Source: Candidatus Bathyarchaeia archaeon (lineage in GTDB: Archaea; Thermoproteota; Bathyarchaeia; Bathyarchaeales; Bathycorpusculaceae). Taken from it: 64,000 nucleotides of DNA. Position numbers and translations under genes: made by a program. Under the pieces are notes generated by a model. It ran no database searches and was not told where the DNA came from. It saw nothing but the letters and a program-made list of their open reading frames with translations. The stretch lies in NCBI GenBank assembly GCA_037481775.1, contig JBBFKZ010000001.1, positions 64,001 through 128,000 of the forward strand, in the 5' to 3' direction. The stretch's first letter is position 1, and each line of letters starts with the position of its first letter. This document shows positions 49,982 to 60,238 of this stretch, one piece after another.

Positions 49982-51347
49982 TCACCTCTTTAACTCTGAT
50001 GTGTGGACCACCGTCGCATACAAAAGCCGTTTGCCCTTTCCCACAGCGGCCAGGCCATAACTCAAAATCCTTTCCGACGGCGTCAACTTTAAAGAGTGTT
50101 TCAAGAGTGTTTCCGCTTATGGAAGCGTTACGGACAGGCTTGCCTATTTCGCCATTAACTATCTCGTAGGCTTCTTGTATGCCTACTTGAAATGTTCCAT
50201 CTAAATTTGCTTGACCGCCTCTGAAACTTTTGAAGTAATAGCCTGAATGTATGCCTTCTAATAAATCTTCGAATGTGTGGTCTCTCGGCGCCATGTATGT
50301 GTTGCGCATTCGGATAATGGGTTCTACTCGAAAATCCTCTGCCCTTGCGTTGCCTGTTGGTTCAGCATTAAACTTTTGAGCGGTTTCACGGTTATGCATT
50401 AAACCCGTTACTACGCCGTCTTTTATGAGAAGTGTTTTTTGGGCTGGTATTCCCTCATCATCGTATTTGAAAGAGCCGAAGGCGCCGTCTATTGTGCCGT
50501 CATCATAAAAAGTAACCATGTCTGACCCTATCTTCTTTCCAAGATTCTCTGCCAGCACGCCACCGGACAATGCTAAATCTGCCTCGGCGAGGTGTCCGAA
50601 GGCTTCGTGGACGAAAACGCCTACAACGTTTGGTCCCAAAACTACGGGGAATTTGCCGCCTTTTGGGGGTTTAGCGGTTAACTGCTCGATTGCACGCTTT
50701 GCCACTTTTTCACCTATAGCTTCAGGCGAGTTCTCATCGAATATTTCGTAGCCTGCTGTAGAGCCTATTTCTTCTCTGCTGAAAGTGAAAACGCCGTTGC
50801 ACGCAGCTGTAGCGGTAATTCTTGACCAAACATATAGCTTATCTTGTTTTATGCGTGTGCCGTTGCTGTTCACGAAATAGCTTGTGCCGGTCAAATCCAA
50901 ATAGTCTATGGTGCAGCTTTTAACTCGTTTGTCATACTCTAATGTGGCTTTATTCACTGCCAAAGCGGTTTTTATTTTTTCTTCCATTTGAATTTCAGCC
51001 GGGTTTTTCCTTGGTTTCACTTGGACATTGTCTTCCACTGTTTTGGCTTTTGCAAGCTTTATCCGATTTTTCAACCGTGTGCTCGCGGTTTTCGCTATTC
51101 TGCAAGCGTCAGAAACGGCGCTTATTAATGTCTCAGTGTTTAGAGAGCCGACTGAAGCGAAGCCCCAGCCGCCGTTAACAAGCACACGTAATGCGACTCC
51201 GCTTTCGATACCTTGCTTAGCTGCTTCAACACGCCCTTCTTTCAAGGTTAGCATTGTTTTGTTAATTTTTTGCGCGCGAGTTTCAGCGTATTCAGCGCCG
51301 AATTTTTGGACGGCGAGGTCATTTATTTTTGATAGAACTTCTTCCAT
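49962..51347 (-). CDS. tldD: TldD family metalloprotease
   Basis: [26 protein letters not shown]. Confidence 0.93.
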   Translation of the reverse strand: MEEVLSKINDLAVQKFGAEYAETRAQKINKTMLTLKEGRVEAAKQGIESGVALRVLVNGGWGFASVGSLNTETLISAVSDACRIAKTASTRLKNRIKLAKAKTVEDNVQVKPRKNPAEIQMEEKIKTALAVNKATLEYDKRVKSCTIDYLDLTGTSYFVNSNGTRIKQDKLYVWSRITATAACNGVFTFSREEIGSTAGYEIFDENSPEAIGEKVAKRAIEQLTAKPPKGGKFPVVLGPNVVGVFVHEAFGHLAEADLALSGGVLAENLGKKIGSDMVTFYDDGTIDGAFGSFKYDDEGIPAQKTLLIKDGVVTGLMHNRETAQKFNAEPTGNARAEDFRVEPIIRMRNTYMAPRDHTFEDLLEGIHSGYYFKSFRGGQANLDGTFQVGIQEAYEIVNGEIGKPVRNASISGNTLETLFKVDAVGKDFELWPGRCGKGQTAFVCDGGPHIRVKEVIVGGSA

Positions 51348-51471
51348 AGGCGGCTTAACCTTCTGTAGTGGGGTTAAAGCTGAGTAATTGGTTTAAGGAA
51401 ATAAAATAGTTTTGTTTCGCTTAAAAGTGTCTCGGAAATTTAATGCGCGTTTGCTGTAAATAAGTGGGTTG

Positions 51472-51789
51472 CTACGCTCTTTGTGTTAAGAGTTTCATTT
51501 GGTTGGCAAAATCATATTGCCCTTCAAACTTTACTTTATTGGGGGCGCCGTAGACGGCTGCAAGATCTTCCAATATTTTGTTTTCAATTACTAAGGCGCC
51601 TGAGCTTAGGCATTCTTCAAGTCCTTTTGCGAAGGCGTCGATGTTGTTTGAAAATTTATTTTTAGGTAAGGAGTAGTTTTGTTCTATGTACTTGTATATA
51701 AAAGAGGTTGCTTCTTCGCCGAAGACTTGTTTTAGGACGCTGTCGATTATTTTGAAGATTTGGTTTGTTTTTTTGGTTTTTGGCTCCAA
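51472..51789 (-). CDS. Small helical hypothetical protein (DUF3227-like)
   Basis: IDSVLKQVFGEEA...F.KGLEECL.SGA.VIE. Confidence 0.55.
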   Translation of the reverse strand: MEPKTKKTNQIFKIIDSVLKQVFGEEATSFIYKYIEQNYSLPKNKFSNNIDAFAKGLEECLSSGALVIENKILEDLAAVYGAPNKVKFEGQYDFANQMKLLTQRA

Positions 51790-51887
51790 AGGAATCCCGT
51801 TGGACTATCACGTATATTACGACTTAATAAGTATTGTCTTTGTGATGTTAAACACACAAACACACAAAACAACATCAAAGTCCATAC

Positions 51888-53174
51888 TCACCAGAAATCC
51901 GCAAGATTCAACTGTTGAACTCTTCCACGACGCGCTTTCTCCGATGAAACAGCATCACCCAAAACAAGCTTCCCATATACCCCATCATACCCTGGAGTAA
52001 CGCTAACCGCACCCTCCCTAACTTGAAGAATCGCCTTAGCAATCGTCGCTTCCACGACCTCCATTAATGCTTCAGCAGAGGCATCAATAAGCACAGTGTA
52101 CTCATCACCGAATCGGCCTATAAGCGCATCATAAATCTTCCAAACCGCCTGCGTTGAAGGAGAATCCACGCCCAACACCGCTGCAATTATCTCAGAAAGA
52201 GGCAGCAACCGCATAAAACCCGGCGCATTCTCGGGCTTAAAGTCCGCTGGCCTGTCAGCAAGTTCTTCAACACGCTGCTCAACACCCTTAGTTAGTTTTC
52301 TGCGGCAAACTGGACAGACATTACCAAGCTTCTGTGCCTCCTGCGGCGAAAGAGATACATTGCAGCCACGGTGCCCAGTCCAATGGTACTTACCGTAAGC
52401 AGGATCAGTTTCAATTGTGAACTTGAGCCGCGCGGGATCTTTGCAGCGAACAGCATCAACCACTTCAATGTAACTTATTTTTTCAAGTTCAAAGACGTTT
52501 GCTTCCCTACCCAAACGCCAGGGCCAAAAGCTGTGGCTGTCACTATTCGAGAGCAACGTGTACCTGTCAAGTCTGCTTAAGCGCCAATTCATCGGCGGAT
52601 CGGAGGAAAGCCCAGTTTCCAGTGCATGTATATGCTTTACCATATCTTGGTAACATTCTTCAACACTATTAAAACCACTGAAAGCGCCGAAAATGCTGAA
52701 CCACGGCGTCCAAGCATGCGCTGGAAAAACCATGTTAGCACTCGAGATTGCCATCACTTCTTCAACTAATTGTGGCGCAGTCATGTTTAGCATGGGCCTG
52801 CCGTCTGCATCTAAATCGCCGTAGCGCTTGAGTACGTCGTTTATTTGACATGCAGTCTCCACACTCGGCGTCAGAATAACATGATGAACTTTTTTAGTCT
52901 CGTTTTCAAAATTGAAAATGGTGCAGACTTCCGTTGTCACCATAAAATGCACATATGGCTCCGTCTCGCCAGAAACTTTGTAAAGACCTGTGCCTTCTTC
53001 TGGAACTAATGTTTCCTTTATTTCTTTGAGCCATTTTGGATGCGTGAAGTCACCTGTTCCAACAAGGTTTACCCCTTTAACTTTCGCGAAGCGCGAAATT
53101 TCTCTGAGACTCATCTGCTGGCTTGTTGCTCTGCTGTAACGACCGTGAATATGCAGATCCGCGATTACTTTCAC
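51888..53174 (-). CDS. endoQ: Endonuclease Q (PHP domain plus Zn finger)
   Basis: DLHIH.RYSRATS, GTGDFTHP, PAHAWTPW, NSDSHS, GKYH, CPVC, PGYDGVYG. Confidence 0.9.
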   Translation of the reverse strand: MKVIADLHIHGRYSRATSQQMSLREISRFAKVKGVNLVGTGDFTHPKWLKEIKETLVPEEGTGLYKVSGETEPYVHFMVTTEVCTIFNFENETKKVHHVILTPSVETACQINDVLKRYGDLDADGRPMLNMTAPQLVEEVMAISSANMVFPAHAWTPWFSIFGAFSGFNSVEECYQDMVKHIHALETGLSSDPPMNWRLSRLDRYTLLSNSDSHSFWPWRLGREANVFELEKISYIEVVDAVRCKDPARLKFTIETDPAYGKYHWTGHRGCNVSLSPQEAQKLGNVCPVCRRKLTKGVEQRVEELADRPADFKPENAPGFMRLLPLSEIIAAVLGVDSPSTQAVWKIYDALIGRFGDEYTVLIDASAEALMEVVEATIAKAILQVREGAVSVTPGYDGVYGKLVLGDAVSSEKARRGRVQQLNLADFW

Positions 53175-53266
53175 TTTTTTCGCCTATCCTAAAGTGGCCT
53201 CTGTCAATTTTTAGTGTTAACTCCTCAGTACACGTCAGACAATTAGACTATGCAGTATTTGAGCAT

Positions 53267-53830
53267 TTACTCATTTGCTTTCAGCTTTCTTGTCCATTCT
53301 ACTAGCTCTTTTAGCATTTCCCGTATTACTTGCCTTGTTTTCTCATTAGTAACATTGCCTTCAGCATCAACGTTTTCTTCGGCGAAAGGCATCATTACTT
53401 CTGGGTGATTAAGCGGATGCATATCGAGGGCGATTAATATTTGCCTGAGGTGATATTGCGCCCTTGCTCCGCCGAGGCTGCCGATGGAAGCGCTCATTAT
53501 GGCAACAGGTTTTCCCTCGAAAGGGTTGTCTCCGTATGGTCTAGATGCCCAGTCAATTGCGTTCTTTAAGACGCCAGGAACGGAATAGTTGTATTCTGGC
53601 GTGGCTATCAACAACGCATCTGCCTTTCTGATGGCTAATTTAAACTCTTTTACGATCTTAGGCTGTTTTCTTTCTAAATCCTGATTGAACGGCGGGATTC
53701 CTTCAAGATCAAAAACTTCTATAACTGCATCTTTAGGTTTGAGTTCAATAGCCGCTCGCATTAATGCCTTGTTGTATGAATTTTTACGCAGACTTCCCAC
53801 AAAACCTAGGATTTTCACAGTCATCCTCAT
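53267..53830 (-). CDS. NADPH-dependent FMN reductase (ChrR/YieF-like)
   Basis: GSLRKNSYN, TPEYNYSVPGVLKNAIDWASR, GGARAQYHLRQ. Confidence 0.92.
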   Translation of the reverse strand: MRMTVKILGFVGSLRKNSYNKALMRAAIELKPKDAVIEVFDLEGIPPFNQDLERKQPKIVKEFKLAIRKADALLIATPEYNYSVPGVLKNAIDWASRPYGDNPFEGKPVAIMSASIGSLGGARAQYHLRQILIALDMHPLNHPEVMMPFAEENVDAEGNVTNEKTRQVIREMLKELVEWTRKLKANE

Positions 53831-53895
53831 ATCGCCTTATACGCTTTAATCAAAAGAAACACAAATTACCCTTTAATCCAAAGATGAATTTAAAT

Positions 53896-54606
53896 TTATA
53901 CGTTTTCGCTGTCTGTTGCGTCTTCAGGGGTGCTTGTGCTATTTTCTGTCTTACTTAAATATTTTGCAAAGCGTCTTTCCCAGTCTACCTTGAACATTAT
54001 TATAAATACAATTACCAGCAAGATTATTCCAATGACTGTGCCTATTAGAAGCGATGCTCCTTCGCCTTCTAAGCCGAAGATTTTTTTAACAATCTCTAGT
54101 GACATGCGACCGCTGTACGCTATTATAAGGTTAGAAAAGAATTTGCCAAGCAACGCTGGAATAAACGCCTGAATTATCCCGTAGCGCATGATGCCTAAGG
54201 GAATGAAAAGTAAATCGTCGGGAAGAGGTGTCAAGGCAAAGATAAAGATGGCTATTGGACCAAATTTTTTGAAGAGCTTAGTTAGGAAATCCATTTTTTT
54301 CTTATATTTTTTGCCTATAACTTTTCTTCCGCCGAACCCGATTAAATATCCTGAAAATTCTCCTAGTGCCGCGCCGATCGCCGCAAAAGTAGCGATCCAT
54401 AGAGGCTCAAAAACCCAGTTGCCCGCTGTATCCTGAAGTCCTCCAAGAATGAATATGACAACTGTGTAGGGAATGGGGATGAATATTGCTGTTGCTCCAA
54501 GCAAGCTTATGAGAAAAATTCCTAGGTACCCGTACTGCACGGCGAAATTTCGCATCCAGTCCGCTATGTCCTGAAGCTCCAAGAAGCTCCCACTTTTCAC
54601 TGACAT
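53896..54606 (-). CDS. DedA/VTT family membrane protein
   Basis: IPIPY, GEFSGYLIG, FALTPLPDD, LLGK. Confidence 0.85.
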   Translation of the reverse strand: MSVKSGSFLELQDIADWMRNFAVQYGYLGIFLISLLGATAIFIPIPYTVVIFILGGLQDTAGNWVFEPLWIATFAAIGAALGEFSGYLIGFGGRKVIGKKYKKKMDFLTKLFKKFGPIAIFIFALTPLPDDLLFIPLGIMRYGIIQAFIPALLGKFFSNLIIAYSGRMSLEIVKKIFGLEGEGASLLIGTVIGIILLVIVFIIMFKVDWERRFAKYLSKTENSTSTPEDATDSENV

Positions 54607-54807
54607 ATATAAAGTAGGCCTAAATAGATTTGCGATTTAAAAACAATATTTTCAAAATTGCCCGCTGCTTCTAATACGAGTTTAAATGTTAAAAGGCTGC
54701 TATGCGTTGCTGCGCGCTGGCTCGAGTTTTTTCTTCTGAAATTTGATAGCGACTAGGTAAAGTCTATCAAGTTGAATGCGCATATGTCGTGCAAGAAGGC
54801 GCCCTTT

Positions 54808-55638
54808 ATGAGTGCACAAGTTGATTGGTTGAAAATTCTCGTTCTCTGCAAAGATAACGTAAAAGCGCGGCTTCAGTCTTATCTTGAAACTGCAACTGCC
54901 TCTGAACCTGCTCTTGGCATAGGTGCTGGCGGCGACCCTATGAAACCTGTTGATCTAATAGCCGAAAAAGCTATAGTTGAGGTTCTGCAGCAGCATTGTA
55001 GCTCATTCACGCTTATAAGCGAAGAGTCAGGCGTTAAAGAATTCGGCGATAATCCCGCACAGTATTATGTAACCGTTGATCCAATAGACGGCACAACCAA
55101 CCTTGTCCGAGGGCTTCCATTCTATGCTACCTCAATAGCAGTGTCAACAATGCCTACGCTTTCCGCTACCGTCGCGGCTTTAGTAACCGATCTTTTTCAT
55201 GATGTTACGTACACTGCACTAGCAGGTAAAGGCGCCTATTGTGACGGCAAAAAAATAACGCCTTCCTCCGTTGTTTCCCTCGAGGCAGCAGTAATAGGTT
55301 TAGATTTAAACAGCTACAACGTTAAGGAAATCGCACCTCAACTGTCAAGTTTGATTGAAAAAACTAAACATATACGCCATTTTGGCGCCAACGCCCTTGA
55401 AGTATGCTACGTGGCTGAAGGCTTAACCGACGCTTTCGTGGATATCCGCGGGAAACTTCGAGTAACAGATATTGCTGGTGGGTTTCTTATACTCAAAGAG
55501 GCTGGTGGAACAATAACCGCGCCTGAAGGCCACATGCTATCTGCCAACTTGGATCCTAAACAGAAGATAAAGTTTATTGCTTCTGGAAATGAGCAGTTGC
55601 ACAAAAAAATTCTCAGTTTGGTAAGGCTGAAATGTTAA
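54808..55638 (+). CDS. suhB: Inositol monophosphatase / FBPase class IV
   Basis: SEE, DPIDGTTN, RHFGANAL, DIAGG; start taken at MSAQVD. Confidence 0.9.
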   Translation: MSAQVDWLKILVLCKDNVKARLQSYLETATASEPALGIGAGGDPMKPVDLIAEKAIVEVLQQHCSSFTLISEESGVKEFGDNPAQYYVTVDPIDGTTNLVRGLPFYATSIAVSTMPTLSATVAALVTDLFHDVTYTALAGKGAYCDGKKITPSSVVSLEAAVIGLDLNSYNVKEIAPQLSSLIEKTKHIRHFGANALEVCYVAEGLTDAFVDIRGKLRVTDIAGGFLILKEAGGTITAPEGHMLSANLDPKQKIKFIASGNEQLHKKILSLVRLKC

Positions 55639-56474
55639 GGTTACTTCCGCCGCATCCTGCGGCGTTGATAAAGGCAGATAGTGCCAAAACGCTTGTTATC
55701 GCAGATCCACACTTAGGTTGGGAGTTGACGCTCCACGCAAGAGGCATTCATGTTCTGAGTCAAACATCAAAACTTCTGCAAAAACTGACGGCGCTACTTT
55801 CTAAACACAAGCCCGATGCGCTTCTAATTCTAGGCGATGTTAAATATACGGTAGTTACAGCCGAGCCAGGCGAATGGCGCGATATACCTGACTTCTTTGT
55901 TCAACTCAAAAATTACGTGAAAGAAATAGCTATAGTGCGCGGCAACCACGATGCAAATCTTGAACCTTTGCTGCCAGAAAGCGTTAAACTTCTTCCGGCA
56001 ACAGGCACAATAGCTGGCGACGTCGGTCTTTTTCATGGTCACAAATGGCCTTCACCTATGCTTCTGAAGTGTAAAACGCTAATTATGGGCCATGTTCACC
56101 CCGTCGTCGTCTTCAAAGATCCTTCCGGCTTCAAGATAACAAGGCAAGTATGGGTGAAAGCCGCATGCTACACTAACCAACTAGCCAAAAGACTGTTACA
56201 AAAACACAATATAAAAGTTGAAGGCACCATTGAGGATACAGTGAAAAAACATTACAACTTTACACCACGAACATCCCAAATTTTCTTAATGCCGTCATTC
56301 AACGACTTCCTAGGCGGCAGGCCCATAAATGGCGACGTATCGCAAAAAAAGGAGCAAAACCCACGAATGATAGGGCCAATTCTGCGTTCAAAAATCCTTG
56401 ACCTGGATAATGCGGAAATCTACCTATTAGACGGCACTTACCTCGGAACTCTGAGCCAGCTAAAAAGACTTTAG
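55632..56474 (+). CDS. Calcineurin-like metallophosphoesterase
   Basis: ADPHLG, LGDVK, RGNHD, HGH, GHVHP, MPSFN. Confidence 0.88.
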   Translation: MLRLLPPHPAALIKADSAKTLVIADPHLGWELTLHARGIHVLSQTSKLLQKLTALLSKHKPDALLILGDVKYTVVTAEPGEWRDIPDFFVQLKNYVKEIAIVRGNHDANLEPLLPESVKLLPATGTIAGDVGLFHGHKWPSPMLLKCKTLIMGHVHPVVVFKDPSGFKITRQVWVKAACYTNQLAKRLLQKHNIKVEGTIEDTVKKHYNFTPRTSQIFLMPSFNDFLGGRPINGDVSQKKEQNPRMIGPILRSKILDLDNAEIYLLDGTYLGTLSQLKRL

Positions 56475-56703
56475 AAAAACCGACAATGCCTTTATGGGTT
56501 ATTCAAAATAGCAGGAAACGTTCAATATACGCTTTTAAGGGCATGTGTCTTTTCTCTGCCACCGCAAGGTCTTTGCATAGTATGCATAGGGAAAAATCGG
56601 CTGTGGTCCATGCTTTAGTTTGCGGCTGGTAATTTCACAAAGCAAAAATGCTGAATAAACAGCACAACACTTATAGAAACGGATAACCTCAAATTACTAA
56701 GGT

Positions 56704-57312
56704 GTGAAAACCGTGTCATCAGATGATGAGGATTATCCAGAATGGTTTAAGCGTCGCCGTTATCCTTTAGCTAATGATCCGTTTTTCGGTGATATCGATC
56801 GCATGTTTCGTGAAATGGAAAAGCGCATAGAAGAAGAGTTTCGCATATTCACTGAAAAGGTTCCTAAGGAGTATGTTAAAGAGCGTAAGCTTCCAGATGG
56901 AAGCACCGTGAAGGAATTTGGGCCTTTCGTTTACGGTTATAGCATGAAAATCGGTCCTGACGGCAAGCCTGAAATCCGCGAATTTGGCAATATAAAGAAA
57001 AGCCTTCAAGGTCCACAGGTTAAGGAAGAACGTGAACCGCTTGTTGATGTTATTGAAACAGACGGTGAGATTCGTGTGGTCGTAGAGTTGCCTGGCGTAG
57101 AAAAAAGCGATATAAAACTTAGAGGCACTGAAGATTCCCTTGAAATCAGCGTGGATGCAGCGCAGTACAAGTACTATAAGGAAATTGCGCTTCCCGCAAA
57201 AGTAAAAGTGAAAGAAGCTAAATCAAGTTACAAAAATGGCGTTTTAGAAGTTATATTTCCCAAGGTTGATGCTCCAACCAAGCCTAAAGGCGAACCAATC
57301 GACATAAAATAG
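56704..57312 (+). CDS. hsp20: Small heat shock protein Hsp20 (copy 2)
   Basis: GPFVYGYS, REPLVDV, ELPGVEK, YKNGVLEV. Confidence 0.92.
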   Translation: MKTVSSDDEDYPEWFKRRRYPLANDPFFGDIDRMFREMEKRIEEEFRIFTEKVPKEYVKERKLPDGSTVKEFGPFVYGYSMKIGPDGKPEIREFGNIKKSLQGPQVKEEREPLVDVIETDGEIRVVVELPGVEKSDIKLRGTEDSLEISVDAAQYKYYKEIALPAKVKVKEAKSSYKNGVLEVIFPKVDAPTKPKGEPIDIK

Positions 57313-57344
57313 TTATTTCACGCTATTGAAGTGCTCGTGCTTAC

Positions 57345-57755
57345 ATGAATGACTCTTCAGAAATCGACGCATTAAACAAGATTTGCCGTGAAGCCAAAGC
57401 AGAGGGGAAAATATCTGGCAAAAACCTCACTGTACTGTATGAGCTTTTTGGTCAACGCTTCACAAAAGCCCTTGATGCCTTAAAAGAAAACCGCGTTAAA
57501 AAGTACGTTTTCAGGCCAAGCGGCAGAATCGTCTGGATAGTTGTTGGGCGAGAGCGTGATTACTTGATAATGCCTGAAGCTGAATTTTGCATGTGCGACG
57601 ACTTTTATTTTCGCGTGTTGGATAAGGAAATACACTTGTGTTATCACTTAATTGCGCAGAGAATCGCCCGCAACTTGGGCTGGTACGAAACTATAGAAGA
57701 AGACGACAGCCTATATGACACTTTAATGGGTGAATGGAAAAAACCCGCTGATTAA
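57345..57755 (+). CDS. SWIM zinc-finger protein
   Basis: FCMCDDF...CYHL. Confidence 0.8.
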   Translation: MNDSSEIDALNKICREAKAEGKISGKNLTVLYELFGQRFTKALDALKENRVKKYVFRPSGRIVWIVVGRERDYLIMPEAEFCMCDDFYFRVLDKEIHLCYHLIAQRIARNLGWYETIEEDDSLYDTLMGEWKKPAD

Positions 57756-57834
57756 CCAGCAAATAGCGATGTTAAAGGAAAATGTGGGGAGTCACCGTGT
57801 TTCTATTTCCCTGAGATCGACGAGTGCAGAATGG

Positions 57835-58110
57835 TTATCTACTTGTTCTCCGCACCATAACCGTCTGAACTTGGCTTACGCCCGCTATTTTTGCCAGTTC
57901 TGTTTCGAACTCGTCCACAATTCCAGTTTTTTCCTCGGGAAATTTCACTTGAACCAAAAGTGCTTTTAGCCCGAAGGCTATAGGCTCTTCGTCATAGCCT
58001 TCAATAGATGAAAACTCGGGTAAACATTTCTCAATTTTGGCTTTCAACTCGTCGAAACTCGCTACTGCGTCTTCGGGAAAAACTTTGTAGATAACTTTTA
58101 CACTACCCAT
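57835..58110 (-). CDS. ef1b: Elongation factor aEF-1beta
   Basis: KVFPE, EEPIAFGLKAL; ATG 58110. Confidence 0.92.
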   Translation of the reverse strand: MGSVKVIYKVFPEDAVASFDELKAKIEKCLPEFSSIEGYDEEPIAFGLKALLVQVKFPEEKTGIVDEFETELAKIAGVSQVQTVMVRRTSR

Positions 58111-58129
58111 TTTTTGGTTCGCCTCTTTT

Positions 58130-58318
58130 TCATGGCCCTGTAAAACCGCACTTGGGACATTTATATTGACGACCGAACTTTCGGCATTTCCCACAGCGCT
58201 TAATCTGTATTTCCCCACAATTGGGACAAAGGAACTTTGTCGCTTCTGTTCCCGGCTGGATGGGTTTGCCGCAGCTTGTGCAGGTAACCAAGGATAGTGT
58301 TGCTGCTTTCTCTGACAT
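58130..58318 (-). CDS. DUF1610 Zn-ribbon protein
   Basis: CTSCG...FLCPNCG...RCGKCRK...[11 protein letters not shown]; usual neighbour of ef1b. Confidence 0.9.
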   Translation of the reverse strand: MSEKAATLSLVTCTSCGKPIQPGTEATKFLCPNCGEIQIKRCGKCRKFGRQYKCPKCGFTGP

Positions 58319-58561
58319 CAAGTTCAACTCCGTATCATTTGTGTAACGTAAGACTTCCTTATATTTGCTGTGCTTGCTTAGCGGGCTTTCTTGTGTTGGT
58401 AATCGTGAAAGCAAATTCAATGCTTTTGGTTATTTAACGTTGAATTGAGCTACTATAAGGGCTTTTAGAGCATGTTTCAGCATTATAATGTTCTAGTAAT
58501 AGAACAAAGTTGTTCTACGAATAGAGCTAATAGGCAATTTATAACAAGAATAACTCGGTGA

Positions 58562-59677
58562 TTGCAAATGAAACACCAAGCTAAACTGATATTGTTCGGA
58601 ATACTGTCGCTGTCTATGGGGGTTGCTTTTGCTTCGCCCCTGCTTGCCTCAGAATTAAACATGCAACCATTCATTAAACACGTTCAGGGACCAACAGCAG
58701 ACTTCAGCGTTAATGTTGTCTACGCCAACTTCACCATCCTAAACAGTTCCAAACCCGTGAGCGAAAACGATGGTCCCGCCATCTCTTACTACGTTGTATT
58801 GAACGTCACGAATCTTTCCGACATAGGCGCTAATCTCCGAGACGTGAACTTCGTAGCTGCAAGGGAAATCAAGAATATTTCAGAGTCAACGCCATCTTGG
58901 TTGATGAACAGCACTTCCGGCTCAGGATACTTCGCTGAGGGTGCATGGGTTGACGGCATATGGTACAATGTCACCTTAGCTACTCACAACTGGCCTGCTG
59001 TGGATAGATGGGGCAATATCACGTTCTTCGGCGTCACTGAACTTGAAGACTATTGGCTGGAAGGCGTACAGCTTCTGGATGTATATGAAGGCGGCAAATT
59101 CAAAGCTACTTACATGAACATGAACGGAACATGGGTTAACGTAACTGGCAGAATTGAACTACCTCAACCAAGGGAAAATAATCCCTTCGCCAATGCTTTC
59201 ACGGTCAGTGATATCGTTGTTAGAGAGCTCCACCTGTTTCAGGATGTAGCGGCTCTTAATTTTACATCAACTACTGCAAGCGACAACAACACTTCCACCG
59301 ATTCAAAAATAATTGAGGAAAAGTACACTTGGGTAGGAGAAGGTCTTTTCGACAACTACTGGGCACCACACCAGTCACGTTTAATCGTGTTGCAGGGTAT
59401 TCACGACATTAGAAAATCCTTTGGAGGCGTCAAAGCGCTAGATGCATTGAGGTCTGGGAGCATAACTTTGCAGACGCGGCTCTTTAATCACGCAAACGTC
59501 ACCGTTGAGGTTGTGAACGGCACCATCGCAGACACTTGGTCGTATGCTACAGAGCTTAAACAAGTGCAGTTGACGCAAAATGGAGACAGCTACCTATACA
59601 ACACGATCTTGGGAGAAAACCAATTTTTCATAACCGACCAATATGGCGTAGAAGTGTTCATTAAAGAGAGGAGCTAA
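58562..59677 (+). CDS. Secreted or surface hypothetical glycoprotein
   Basis: N-terminal signal/TM segment, many NxS/T sequons, Trp/Tyr-rich beta composition. Confidence 0.7.
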   Translation: MQMKHQAKLILFGILSLSMGVAFASPLLASELNMQPFIKHVQGPTADFSVNVVYANFTILNSSKPVSENDGPAISYYVVLNVTNLSDIGANLRDVNFVAAREIKNISESTPSWLMNSTSGSGYFAEGAWVDGIWYNVTLATHNWPAVDRWGNITFFGVTELEDYWLEGVQLLDVYEGGKFKATYMNMNGTWVNVTGRIELPQPRENNPFANAFTVSDIVVRELHLFQDVAALNFTSTTASDNNTSTDSKIIEEKYTWVGEGLFDNYWAPHQSRLIVLQGIHDIRKSFGGVKALDALRSGSITLQTRLFNHANVTVEVVNGTIADTWSYATELKQVQLTQNGDSYLYNTILGENQFFITDQYGVEVFIKERS

Positions 59678-59679
59678 CC

Positions 59680-60159
59680 ATGACAAACGCGGGCACCCCG
59701 GAGCTTGAAGGCACAACGTTGCGTGTGTACACGTACGTGATCAAGCAAAGCAAGGGGGTTGGTCCGCGTGAAGTCATGCGGGGCGCAAATCTAAGCAGCC
59801 CAAGCGTGGCTTACTGGCATCTGCAGAAGCTTGAAGCGTTAGGCTTGCTTCAGAAAGACGCATACGGTGAATACGTGGCTAAAGAGAAAGCAAACATCAG
59901 CGGGCACCTGTGGATTGGACGCAACATGGTGCCGAGGCTGATGTTTTACTCCCTCTTTTTTATGGGTATCGTGGCTATAGAATTTATCATTATCGGTGTC
60001 CAATTTTTCGCGTACGGGCAAATGCCAGAAATTAGCCTGATTTACCTTTTAGCGACAAATTTCATCGCTATGATTCTGTTTCTTGGCGAAGGCTTGCTGC
60101 TGCGCAGGAAAACCAGAACAAAAAGTGCCAAAAGAAACACAAGCGACTCAACCAGCTGA
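59680..60159 (+). CDS. Membrane-bound wHTH regulator (wHTH plus 2 TM)
   Basis: GPREVMRGANLSSPSVAYWHLQKLEALGLL followed by two hydrophobic helices. Confidence 0.8.
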   Translation: MTNAGTPELEGTTLRVYTYVIKQSKGVGPREVMRGANLSSPSVAYWHLQKLEALGLLQKDAYGEYVAKEKANISGHLWIGRNMVPRLMFYSLFFMGIVAIEFIIIGVQFFAYGQMPEISLIYLLATNFIAMILFLGEGLLLRRKTRTKSAKRNTSDSTS

Positions 60160-60238
60160 AACAGTGTTGCTTACCATCGGAGCCGTATTTCGCAAGTTTA
60201 TTATTCAGGTTTTTAGCTATATTTCTGCCGGGGTTGTT

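Noticed and set aside
7749-57312. Two hsp20 copies as a recent duplication or assembly repeat
   Set aside because: Proteins are similar but N-termini and codons have diverged; ordinary paralogues
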